Shown: in pieces, positions 23,201-36,580 of the stretch | How the letters are laid out: each line of letters opens with the position of its first letter | Numbering within the stretch: position 1 is the first letter of the stretch | Assembly: GCF_031769215.1 (NCBI RefSeq) | Contig: NW_026782621.1 | Span: 496,001 to 560,000, forward strand | From: Ylistrum balloti | Lineage: Eukaryota | DNA: 64,000 nucleotides | Reading direction: 5' to 3' | Notes under the pieces: generated by a model | Databases searched by the model: none | What the model was told of the DNA's origin: nothing | Seen by the model: only the letters and a program-made list of their open reading frames with translations | Position numbers and translations under genes: made by a program

Positions 23201-26200
23201 TGAACCTTTTAGACCAGCAAAGAGATTTCACCTTGGTTTTTCCTCTCCAAGAAGAGTTCTTCATACTAAATCAAAAGAAGTTAAAAAGAGATTCTGTTCA
23301 CATATAGATGTAAATGTAAATCATGTGTTAGTCTATTGTTTAAAGTAATGAAAACAAATTAGGTCTTCGAAAAAGGCTTAGAAAATTAAACTTTGCTAAT
23401 CTGTAAAGCATTGCAAAATTGAAATGTTTTTGAAATCAATAACTTGTGTGTGAATTAAGCTATATTCTTCAAACAGGTACCCACAAGATGACCCGTATTA
23501 CCCAGAGGCGAGGTGAGACATGCATATTGTAATTATTGACATTTTTTTCTTCACCTGTAACTATTGAAAATTAACCAAAAAGGTAAATTTCCATGAATTT
23601 TGATCTGAACAGTTCCATAGATTAGCATTACTGCTTTCTAAAACAGCAAATCTCAGTAGAAGTCAGTTATCTTTAGTGCACAGTTTTTATTTTTACTATT
23701 TGCAGCTGTTTAATTGCTTTTGCAAATTAGGAGTTAAGTAGTGGATGTGAAATAAAGTGGTTAAATGGTTCATCAAAGTACAAGGAAATTTACTGAACTC
23801 ATTGTATAGTGACTGGGTCTAAAAGGATACAGAGCCGTTGATATAAAGGAACTGGGCATTGTAGAAGGTTTGAATAGTGATGTTTTAAAATTGAGTGATG
23901 TTTCCATTTAGGTACCGGTATGATGACACATATTACCTTGAGGCCAGGTGAGAATTTTTAATGCCCATTATCATGGTGTCTGACAATAACCAGAATCTTC
24001 CCTTTGTTTACAGCTTTCATTAAAATCTTGTGTACCCAATCTAAAATAAAATAAAAAAAAAGATTCTTCTGAGAATAAACTTACACTAAAACAGTACAAC
24101 AGTAAAAGAAAAAGGTCAGTGGATTGTTATGTGTAATGATAAATTTCTTTGATTAAAATGAATCAAAAAAGCATATCTCCATGTTATGTACATTTAGGCA
24201 ATGGTAAAACCAAATACTATCAAACATACCAGTATTTTGTGTTGTTTAATAATTTAAATACTTGAGTTTCATGAAAAATATTGATTCCATTCAGCTGTTT
24301 ATGTTGGTGCATCCATCCTCTATACTCCAGAGGTTAGGATAACATTTGCTTTTTTGCACCCCAGGAACAGGTCATGACAAAATTGAATGTACTGTGTGCA
24401 ACCTTGTGGACAAGATGAAAAGACCAGCTTGATTCTTTGATGAACATCAGTCAAATCTTGAGGTAGCACACAGTTTATTGTAATGGCTTTGAAGTTGGGT
24501 GTTGCTCCTTTGTTACATTCAAAAGGAGCGTATCAATCTGTGATTTGTCAGTTTTTTTTCTCCTGGAACCAATCAAACTACTTCACTTGTGCCTTCAATT
24601 TTGTTATGACATGTTCAAGGGGTACAGAAAGAGAAAGTGATTATAATCACTGGAGTATCAAGGATGTGATGCACCAGACCTAAATGCTTATACAGGTTCA
24701 GTTGAAATCATTGTTATATGTTGCACATTGCACTGCTAGAGTAGTTTTGGTGACAGGGTGCATTTTATTGAAATGTTGGTTTTATATAAAAAGACAATAT
24801 TAATCTTCATGAAAAGACGTTTTGCATCATAAGTATTTGAAATATTCTTATAGAAAAACTTATGTTGAACAACCATTTCACAACCATCTGCTTTACTAAG
24901 GTTGCAAAACTAGAAAAAATTGGGGCAATGGTTGCATGCTTTCTAGCTTTTTGAAGACACTTATCAATTCATGTTTCTATACAAGACATAAAGGACAATA
25001 GTAATTAATATAATGATGTAGTTCTTTGTGTGTGTGTGCTTTTCTTTTCTTTTTTTTTTTAATCTTTGATGCTAATTGTGTGCACATCTTCCTCTAATTT
25101 TGACAGATGAATGTTGATAAATGTTTAAATATTCTTTGAAATTAATGAAAAAAATTCATACGTTCTATACAACACTGAAGAGATATATTTTGTCAATATT
25201 CCAGTTGTCATAACTTCTAACTAAATACATTATGACATAGCAATCAACAGAAGATGTTTATAAGAATTTCGAATGATCTTTATTGCTTTTTTATGGATAA
25301 AATAGAAATTACACTCATTTTTTTAACAATAAGAAAACAAATTTGCATGGGGTTTTTGAAAATCATGTGGGAATAGAGAATATGAATGGCATGTAATGTA
25401 AGTGGAGGTGTGTGGAATCTGGTATCCTTTTCATGACTTAATCAAAGGTGTATAGTATTATACATTAAACAGATTTTTCTTAAAACCAGATTGAAAATTT
25501 GTGTGCAATTACTATCATCATTATATTATCATCATCTAGCTGATAGCAATATATATACAGCAGTTAATTCACACATACAAGTACTTATGTACCAACCTCA
25601 CGATTCATAAGGCCTCATAACTAACAATATACTTTTCACAAGTTACTAGAAATAAAAAAAATAATTTCATTTTAGGTGCAAAGATTTGGATTGTCATTTA
25701 TGTTTTCTTTTATGTTTTCAATCAGTTTCTCCTCTCATTGTTTCAAACCAGTCAATTGTATAGTAATTAGAACTCTTTACTTCCTTTTCAACTTGTTCAT
25801 ACATCAAAAATTTAGATAGGATATATATCATTTTGCCAACTTTTCAGCATCTAAAGGTGAGCTTTTTATATGTGTTCTTTGCTTTTCAAAAGTATCCAGA
25901 ATAATTATGCAACAGCAAAAGCTTACAGATATCACAAGAATAACTACTGTAAACTATTCATGGATAGATGAACACATGTATAGATAGAAAACAAGACCCC
26001 CCCTTTCTCTACCTTCATCATGCATCAACTTACCTACAAAACTTCATTGGGAGTCAACCTAATTATCTATTCAGAATTTTTAGCATCAGGTGATCAATTT
26101 GAGTCAGGAATAAGAATTTTGTCTTATTATAAACGGAACATAATCACCACAATTATACAATTCATGACAACCATTTGAAGCATAATGCTTTATTGTTTAT

Positions 26201-26732
26201 TACACTTGTAGATAATAGGATTAACAGGTTATATCCTTAACAAGTTACATGCATATTTATATTTTTTGATTACTAGCTCAAAAAGGACTAAAGAGATAAA
26301 AGAAATTGGGGGAAAAATCATGAAGTTAATGCAGGGGATTAAACAATTGAAATTGATTGTATTAAGATTTTTTTGATTGAAAGTTTTATTACAGTATGAT
26401 ACTATAAAAACATTGCATGTTAGATGCAGTTGCTGTAGGTATATTTCGCTGTCCGTCATTTAAGAAGTATGGACTCTTTTAACAGATATGCCCCAGAAGA
26501 GCGTGCAGAGGCCCCTCCTTCTCTTCCCCCAAGGAGCAGCGATTACTACAATGGTTACCCAGCTGATTATGGAAATGGACATGAACCTTCTTCCACATCT
26601 GCACAAAGTTATTATGATCGATTTTACAAAACTCCACCAGCACGACCAGGATACCCAAAAGCACCAGCAAAACCTGGCCAGCAGAAAGATGATGACCAGA
26701 GTTTCCTTCAAACAGAACCTATCTTTTTCTGA
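20293..26732 (+). CDS. RBM4/lark-family RNA-binding protein with a single RRM, an RGG region and Pro/Tyr/Arg-rich repeats (313 aa with both microexons)
   Basis: Exons 20293-20415, 20665-20748, 20974-21029, 21296-21655, 23477-23512, 23912-23947, 26486-26732; all GT-AG and in phase. The RRM KIFIGNL...[22 protein letters not shown] is of RBM4/lark type. Exact orthology is not certain. Confidence 0.88.
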
Positions 26733-29700
26733 TTGTCCTCACATTAAGCAGCATTCACTTGTCAGGGCATGCACTAACTTTTTATCCCACCAGTTGATTA
26801 TGTTTTAGTTTTAAACAAATTTGATGGAGGAAAAATTTCAGGATTTTACTCGCTTGATGTGGATAACGTCATCTGCTGTTAAAATGACTTTGGCGTTGAC
26901 AAATTGTTGGGAGTTCAGAAATAAGAAAAATCTGATGGGGAGCAAACACTTTTAATATATAAATAGTATATACATTTTACATATGATAATTTAATACAAT
27001 ATAGTGTGTCTAACTTTTAAGAGAATTGTTTTTACCAGAAACAAAATTGTCACTGATTGTTGTTTACATCTGGCCAGTAAGACCTGTTAATAGATTGGTA
27101 GAAATTGAAATTCAGGTCAGAAGTTCAGTTTGGTTTCCAGTGACCAAATGATATTGAAATTTTGTGTCAGAACAGATTTGTTTCTTGTATGCATATGTAG
27201 CTCTTAAATATTAATTTTGTGTGTGTCAAGTGACTTTGTAATAACTCATCTGTCTTATATGTATGTACCATCCTCTGATTCAATTATTTGGTTGCTTATT
27301 AGAAAGGCTTCGGTGAATATCATCCTGTAATCTAAATGTAGGAATGAATTCAGTATTAAAATATCATTTACAAGTTCTGTTTTCCCTTTGATATTTGGCT
27401 ATGCCTTCAACACAAATGTTAGGTAAAACTTACAGCAGTAATGTCTAATTTGTGTGTAGGTTTAGTTGAGTTGTTCATCATGTCATTTTTCCTTTGAGTG
27501 AGGATTACAGTAGTGCATGTCTCCATTTTAAACATCAGCACATTATCACGGACCTGGAGAGATTAATATTGAAAGATATGTAAGTGTGTGTGTTTGTGAA
27601 TTTCATACGTTCGAACAAAAGGTTTTACAAGATGTGTGTACTTGAATGGTTGTCCCAGCAGAATTCAGTGTAATATTTATTTAGTTGTGTTACGTGTATC
27701 TCTTTTAGAGTAAGTAATGAGTTTGACAATTATGACCTTTGGGTCATCTTGATTTTAATTGGTTATCAGCTCACTGCAGAATCTCCAAAATGTCAGTGAA
27801 GCAAGTGAAACTCTAGAATATTTGGATGATCACATAACTAGTTAAACTAATTCACTTTGTGATTCTTTAGCACTGCTGTACCAAATCCAAGGCTTTTACT
27901 TTCATGATATACCTTTATTGATTTGATTGGCTTACTTTGAAGCTATATATCTGGCTATTTTCTGCTTGGACAACCAAATGAAATTTTACCGAAATTGCTG
28001 TTGTGTTTGCTGAAAGAAATTTGATGTCAGATACACATATATCAAAAACTGGCATTATTTGGTAATCCTATGGCATTACCCAGTGCCAAGATGCACAATA
28101 CTCTGTATTATATGTCTTTTTACAAATTACCTCTTAACAAGACATACATACTAAAGGTACCATAGATATATTTTGTGGCAGTTTTGAAAAGTGAAAAACA
28201 TACAGAAAAGCAAAATTAACATGACATTTAATACCTTACAAAGTCCGAAGTGTTGGTGGCTATCAAGGAATTGGACATGTTTTAACTCCTTTTTTTCATG
28301 GAGTTGCTCTGGATCATTATCAACATGAGGAAGCCATTGTTTCAATGATAAATGTTACCACCAATTTTTCTAAAAAGGAGGTTGTTGATCTGTTCTCATG
28401 TAATATAATATTGTGGAACATTTACATTTATTTTCAAACATGCTTTAGACATTGCTGTACTAGATGTATTGCTGTTTTGTATTTATATGCATAGCTGCTG
28501 TTGTATTGTTTATTTCCCAAGTGATTTGTGTGTTGTAATATGAAAAATGTTTGATGTAAGAATTTCCATGTTGTTACAATTATGTACACATTTTTGAGTT
28601 CTTCCAATCTTTGAAAGAGTGGTGGGTATCTTCGGTTTACTCTTCTGGATCAGAAAATTGTTTCATATGCTACATAACATAAAATAGTCAGTATTTCCAG
28701 AGGAAAGTGAAACAATATTTGATGTCTATTTATCATCTTATGGACTCCAGGTGCTTTGATCCACACATTCAGATGTAGTCAAGTATTTGTGATTTTAGGG
28801 CATTGGAATGTGGCAGTAAGGGATGAAGATACACCTTAAGTATTGAGACAGGGGTTGAGAGGAGTAATCAGTATTTCAAGTACATGTACCTTATTTCAGG
28901 TTGTTTTTGTAGGTTGTAAATATCACAATGTTGTAACGATGTTGTAACATTGGTCCGGACAATAACTATTATGAATATTTATAATTGTGTGCTCATTGTC
29001 ATACAAACATTGACACAATCTGCCAAAATAACCAGTCATAAGGTATACCATTTCATACATTTTTGTCTGGTATTTTATCGCTTTCATCAGTTCAAAATCA
29101 TGTGAGTACTATGTAAAATAAATGTTTTGTAAAATTGCTTTGTTTTGATCTTTACTCATTAGTATTATTTATGTTCGGGTCGCTAGTCAAGAAAGTTGTA
29201 TAAAGCAGTATTATGGGCATGGGAATCTGTTATGTTAAATATGTTTTAAACTTTCATTGAATTTCTTCTGACCAAAATTTGACACACCAGATTTTGAAGC
29301 ATTACATGAAACAGATTGGAATCTTTGGGAATTTCCAAAAAGCCAAATATACACTAATGGTCATGTATACCAACCCCAATTTTAATTCGTAAGATGCATT
29401 TTCTTCTGTGGTCTTTATTTGGGACTGTTTTTTGTAGATTCCTATGTTTTAATATTTGCAGGTACCTATTCTTTGGTATATGGTTGAAAAAGTACAGAAA
29501 AATAATAGATTGGTCTAAACTGCAGAAATGGAGACTTGACCCTAACCTGTTGCCACTTTTGTCATTTATCAAAGCCTTAAAATTAATTGTGTATGTCTTA
29601 TAATTATGTACACAACAGAAAATGGGTCAGCTGTCCGATAAACAATGTTAAGTTCAGTGCCAAACTGGTTTTTAATTTCATAGGCCTCTTCTTGAGATAA

Positions 29701-31499
29701 GGGCTGAAAGGGGGGGGGGGGGGGGGCGGGGAAACTACATGGCCATTTCATGTGAAGTAAATTTCTGAGATTTCACATTCATTTATGAACTCGGGTTAGG
29801 CCTTATCTTACAGTGGATATAGTTTATCACAGTATAATATGGGTCTGATTCAAATTGTGCAGGCCTTTATTTTTCCATGCTAAGAGACAATTAAAATAGT
29901 AAAAATGCTCGTTGCCAAGATCCCTCTGTGATCTCGTGTTCAATTAGTAGAATACTTACAGGCTATTATGCAAGGGAAAAAAATACCATTAAGATCAACC
30001 AGAGTTATTTCCCTTTATTTACTGATTCTACCTTGATGTATGTTTAGTCGCGTTGTATTGTTGTCACATGCTCAAAGTTCGCCTACTGATTAACTGACTG
30101 ACCTTGTAAATTGCGTTACTTGCCGCGGCGTGGTAGACCAATAGGCCTATGTGTGCTTCAGACAGGCAAATTCCATATCATAAAGTAACCGTAGTACCAA
30201 TGGTACTAGTCCCAACGCACTTTACTTTGACTGACTGCTATGTAAACTTATATGTCTGACGGCATAAACTATAGCCTACCCAATGTCTTGTCTGCCAATG
30301 ATATGCATTGCAGGAGCGACATATTGATTTCAGCTGATGGGGTTTGAAAACAAATATGTGACACCATTTCTTGGCTTTCATAGGCTTAAAATCCCTTTTT
30401 TCTTTTGAATAAGGATATACTATTTTGAAAAGTCCAAATTTTCTGATTACTAACATTTTGAAAGCCATATCTCATTTTAAAGGGAAGAATATAGAAATAT
30501 CGAAAATGAAAAGAAAACGATAGGTCAGTGTGCTCGTTTTCCCATGGCGTGTTGCTGAACTTCGGTAGTATTCTTGGTGTATTTTAGAGCTTTTTCACTC
30601 TAAAAACATGATCTTTTTTCAATATTGTTAATAATATGTGATATTTCATAGTGTTCGTCATCATCATTTTGCGAAAAATGCCTTTAAAATGCACTTACAT
30701 TCAAAACAACATTCTCAAAGGGGAAAGAAAGACATAAGATCTCACCAAAATACATATCAAAGAAAGAAAAACGCATCACACCAACTTATAACTTTCATTC
30801 TATGCTGAAAAAGCTACATGCCATTCATAAAAGTATCGTTTAAAGTATTTCGGAGGTAGAAGAGCACGAAAACATTTTTCTACGAATGTGAATATTTTTT
30901 TTTATTTCATCAGAACAAACACAATACAAAAACAGAAAAATGGACACCCGATATAATTTGGCATTAACATAGAGATCTTCAAATGAAGGCCAGTTGTTAG
31001 TGTCACATGTTAAAACAGCGATGATCGTAGACCATCCGGAATTGGTTTTGGTCGTTTGGAGGGTGTGTGTGTGTACAATACCTTTCTTTACAGTAATGAG
31101 ACAATTGCTAACAATAAGTTGACATCGATAGGAAAATAATTCAACATCTTTAATATTAAGCATTACTTTATGAAATACGACGTGAACAATGATGCTTAAT
31201 TGCAATTGAACTCGCAGTGGCTTTTTAACATCAATACATTCGTAATGTGTCGCAGAATATTACAGTAAAAGATGTTCCTTTCATTATGGGCAAACACTCA
31301 TTGTTTCATGCCCGACAATTCCCAACATCTCTTGAATACCATATCATAACAGGATTGTAGCTGAGCCTAACAGTCCTCCACCTCTCGATCAAACCCTGGC
31401 AGATATATATGGGACCCTCCCAGAAAACCCAATTCGCTATCTTTGAATTCATAATGTCAGTTGTACTGACAATACACTGTGAAGCTGTTCTACTTGAAG

Positions 31500-34400
31500 C
31501 TAAACTAGGGTGGCGGTGTCGATATTTAGCTGTTCCATTTCTTTTGTAATCTCTTTCTGTTCGGGTGTTTTCTCTGTTGGTCCCATGAAGGTGCCGCCAT
31601 CTTGGCTCTGGGGTTTTGCCTCCTCTTCAAGTAGTCGGATCATTTCTTTGAGTCGATGGTTCTCTTCCTGAAGAATTTCCATCTCAGATCGAATCTCTTC
31701 GTTCTCCTGCCGCAAACAAGAGTCACTCCTCAGCATTCGTACGTTTTCTAGTTCCTCCTGAAGATCATTCTTGTGGGATTCGAAGTCTGTTTCAAATAAA
31801 ATCAACATACAATGTACAATCTTGGTTTAAACATTACCATCTCATTGATATAAGAAGCATAATTTTATTTCGCATCTGTTTTCGCGAACTTTGTTAGTTT
31901 AGGTATAACGCTAGACTATGTGCTGTGTTCTATTACGGTAATGTTCATAATATTATTTTATGCACGAAGATTTGATTGATATTATCACATGACCTTCCAT
32001 ACCGATTTATACTGGAGATAATATGGAAATAGTCCTAGGACTATTGATATTTGATACTGATAATCAAAATTGATATTTGATTTTGATAGCCAATGTTGAT
32101 ATTTGGTAAGAATTAAGGACATTTATATAGATTACTGATATAAAATGATTAAATCGTATTTCAACTTTACAAAAACTCCCTTCAGACTTATACATACATA
32201 TATATATATATATATATATGCTCCAAGGTAACCGAGTCCGAATTAGTCTCGCGTCTTATCGACCTTTTATGTTGGTCTGAAATCAATTCGAAATCGATAT
32301 AAAAAGTCTTCGTCATAATTCGGACTACTTGATAAACCATGCAATATTTTGTTGGTGCTGACTGTGTATATGGAAGATCATGACGATTGATTCGTCTTGG
32401 ATTTTACATCTCTAACGGTAACAACAAATATTCGCTAATCTGTGTTCCTCATGGAAATATGATGATAGAAAGCTCAGCTAAGACGAAGACAACAGAAACA
32501 GAGATATCCCAAGCATTAAAATAGTGCTGCATATCAATTTTCGCATTTCCAAAGTTTCTATGTTTTCTATGTAATAACCACACATACCTCTACAGTTAAA
32601 TTCAGCAACATTCAGTCTTGCAGACAACTGTTCGTTCTCATATTCGAGACTTTCTTGACGTTCTTGGGCTTCACACAGATCGTTCTCCAAGTCGACCACG
32701 CGCATGCTCAATATGTCCACGGTTTCATTTAAAGAAGACTGAAATTACAAATAATTACGATAACAATAAAGAGTCAAATTACTTGTCGTAGGATTTTGAA
32801 ATATCAATAATACTAAAACAATAGCAATTTCTATAGAATTAAAGGTATAAATTGAGTAAATGTAAAATTACACGCAGACTCTTAAAAAGTACAAAGAGAT
32901 AATGCAATGCTATGAAATGTTCTGTAAGAATTTATAGAATCGTAGACCTTTCATCACTAGGAAGAGGTTGTTATCCTGCAACTCGCAGGGCCATTGTCAC
33001 ATATCCATTTGCTGTATTCGGCAGTGACGGAAAATAGTTGTACTTTAGTACGTGCCGGAATTCGACGGAATTAATTCCTGAATTTACTGAAATTACGTTT
33101 AACAATATAAATAGCTTTTGAAATAAGTGACTTTGTATGTTGTAATGGACAAGTTTATTTCATAAAATTCATAAAATCGATGTCATATTCGTTGAAGTTT
33201 GGAACTGTATTCTACTGAGACAGAAAGACAAAAGTGGCTGGCCAGAGGCTCGCCACCTTGGTCTTTTTTTCACCCTCGCCAAAATACAGCTTATATTTTA
33301 AGACATTGACCATGTATTCTCTATATATATGGCATTCCGATGACTATACATTCACCACGGTGATGCTGTAATCATCGATACGTCACACAAATATATCCAT
33401 TGCCTGTTAAGTAACCTAGTCTATTCTGTAGAAAGAGACCATGAATTTAGGGGGTATACGATTTCATTTTCATCAAAGATATCCGCCATGTCAGTTAAGG
33501 GCAATGGAAGTGATGATGTTTTCAATATGAATTTATTACAACAATATTGACAACGAGTAGCGAGCCCATCGAAATTCATTTCACAAAAAGGAAACAGAAT
33601 ATTTCCTGCTGAGATCACAATGAAAATCGAAAATATTTGCTATATGTCTTACCCCTACCAACGACGAAGGATTATGACAACTTTCCCACTAACTAATGTT
33701 TACCATGTCTTGTTTCAGATGAGATTTATAATCTTCCAGTTCTCCCATCCTCAATTCTACACTTTGTTTACGTCTGCTCAAACGCCATTTTTCCCGCTTC
33801 AAGCACGCGATGAGGGCACGTGCTGACTCTAGTCCTTCTTTTAGACGCTTGAAGCTATTGTTTGGTCTGGCATAAGGATTTGGAGGAGTTTTGTTGATTT
33901 GTCGTCTGTCGAATTCATCGTCTTCCATCTGATAAAGAACAATATCAGAACCATTTCTGATAAGGCTGACGGCTTTGTAAACAAACATGATTTTTAATCT
34001 TTACACTTGAATTAGATACCGTAAAATTTGTTATTTTCGAAGGTTTCTAATTTTCAGGATCATCGATGATGAAATCAAATAAGAAAAGAATTAAAATAAT
34101 CTGTTTCATAACTTCCGTAAAAACACACCTTATTTACTTCATGTTTTTGCATAAACCACGAACATTTGAGCAATCAAAACACGCCATATACAAGACAATT
34201 TCAAGGTTGAACCATTATGCATTACTATACACAAATGAAAACACAGTAGATGTTAAAATTATACTTGGAGATTTGTCTATGAATATTTATAAATCATTTC
34301 CTTTATTGTATTTTGGATGCATCAGACAGCTCATTTATAGTTATTCATTACTGTGCTAATTTATACAGGTGGATTACAAAGAAGAGGTTGGAAGGTGACA

Positions 34401-36222
34401 TGCAGTGATCAAAAGTTATAAGTAATACTCTTGTCTTTAATTGTTTATTTCATGGACCTCGGACGATTGTCATATCAAACACAATTCAGATTATGGACGC
34501 ATAATGAAAAAAAGTAAAATAAGTAGGACTGACGTTTTTGTTTTTAATCTTCGTTAATTCCATCGTAAAGAACACATTTTAATAGAAATTTAGGGTTAGT
34601 TACAGTAGAGTCAAACAAAGAATCAAACTGCATCATACCGCTTTTTCGTCCTTCTAGGACTTATTCAATGATACCAAGGGCCTAAATTTTGATATCTCGG
34701 AGACTACCGAGGAAAATTCAAAATTATATAAAGAAAAAGTCATAATCTAGACGGGGAAGTGCAGCAGCCCCATAAGTACATATGAATATTCTATTGAATA
34801 TAACATAAATACAACATAAAATGTTATATTATTGGACAGTCTATCCACGAAATCAAATTTCCACTAAATGACTAGTATTTCAAAAAAGACCAAATTTGAT
34901 CCGCGCGGAAAAATCTGAATAGCAATATCACACGTTATCTGAATAATGTATTTATTGTCTTGTTACGCCCAGGCAGTGTCCCAGACGTACAAGTCCTTAC
35001 GAGAATAAGCATAAACACATCAGATACACAGAAAACAACACAGATCGAAATAGATAAAGTGTTACACGAATACGTCATTACCATTCAAAAGAACAGAAAG
35101 AAATATCAGCATGTGTGTAGTAAAACTCATGTTAAACATTAATATTGAAATAAAGCTTCGATAAAACATAAAAAAAAATTATTCAACAACACTATTTATC
35201 AGATCTGAAGTTAAAATGAAAACAATAATTGTTGACATAAAATTGTAACGGATACTAAAAGGACAAAACAGTTCTACATTACAGTTTACTTCGTTTTTTC
35301 TCTCTTTTTTTTTTGCTTTGATGTATCCAATCGTGAAAGTTGCTAATCACTTCTGTGGTGTTTTTTGTACAATCATTGACACGCATTTCCTGCTCACTAA
35401 TTTTGGTAACTGATCTTTAGTGAATGGACAAATTGGAATTCCAAAGATATGTGTAACTATAATAGTCTTTGGTGATACATTTCATGAATTGAGAAAAAAT
35501 ATACAATTATTTCCTTACTAATTTTATTTAGTTTCAATGAAAAGTAAAGTAGTTGATGAAAGCATGTGTATCTTAGTGGTCACATAAAACCTATCTAGGG
35601 AACCGATAACACACCGGAAGTTTAAGCTCGTTTACAATGTATTGGAGTTCAAATCCCATTCCCATCAAGCGATATAAACATAAATCTAATGATTAAATGA
35701 AGATAGCCTAAATAAGGAAAATCCCGATGCTAACGAAGCTAGATGCAAATTGCTATTGTCGAAAAAGGCTGGTTGCAATACTAGGAGGATGTGTTGTCAA
35801 ATAGTGTTCATTCGGAGAGACAGATGTTAGATTGATATGTGTCGTTGCTATATAAAGTGCACATCCTACCAATGATATTTTGAATTTCTATATCGAAGCA
35901 TACAACTGGCAATGATAATCGGGAACGTTTAACGCGGAATTTTATTTTTAGATATAGCAGAACATTACCCTCTACGCATGTACTACATATGACTATAACT
36001 AGAGCTAAACTATGATGCAATGATTTATTGGAAGTTAGTTATGACTAAGTATAGATACATATAAACGATATTTACCTGTGGAGTACGTACCTTCACGTAC
36101 TCATCCTCTACAGACGTGAGTATGTCTGCCAGTTCGTCTAGTCTGTCCACCAAGTTGTCCGCAGTATCCATTAATCCGTCACTACTTCGGCGGCGGACTG
36201 GCGTACTAGTCGTAGTAGCCAT
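31500..36222 (-). CDS. Uncharacterised coiled-coil protein, ~269 aa
   Basis: Four phase-compatible exons: 36076-36222, 33704-33928, 32588-32738, 31500-31786 (810 nt). Heptad-like E/L/K/R-rich segments, e.g. RVVDLENDLCEAQERQESLEYENEQLSARL and LRQENEEIRSEMEILQEENHRLKEMIRLLEEE. An acceptor at 36241-36242 implies an upstream non-coding exon. Confidence 0.8.
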
Positions 36223-36462
36223 TATTTAATGTTGCAGTATCTGTAAGCATTGGAAATTGAACTGAATATGCTAAACAAGGACACTGGTTTTATATTGACG
36301 ATGTGGGTATTACATATCAATAAATGAAATCAAAATAAAAACTTCTTCCGTCACCTCTGAATGCCCGAAGCCTGAAGCAAAACCGCATTTGTTTATACAA
36401 TATATATTAGTAAAAATAAACCTGTTGTTGTTTTGACCCTAAAAAGGGTAACAGAGGTACAT

Positions 36463-36580
36463 GTATCACTAAGTAGGGTTCACCAGATCTACAACAATGT
36501 CTTACCTTTTCAATGTATCACTGACCGGGGTTCACCAGATCTACAATAATGTTTTACCTTGTCAGTGTATCATTGACCGT
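36463..36580. repeat. 52-bp tandem duplication, ~2.3 copies
   Basis: gtatcact...gggttcaccagatctacaa...ttacctt units start at 36463, 36515 and 36567. Confidence 0.85.

Noticed and set aside
29710-29731. Poly-G run with G-quadruplex potential
   Set aside because: An isolated homopolymer with no supporting context, and error-prone in assemblies.
32235-32326. 11-bp perfect inverted repeat (agtccgaatta) beside a (TA)n microsatellite
   Set aside because: Too short to define an element; no target-site duplication was identified.
34951-35140. TGTTACGCCC start resembling an LTR
   Set aside because: No second LTR, primer-binding site, polypurine tract or target-site duplication was found.
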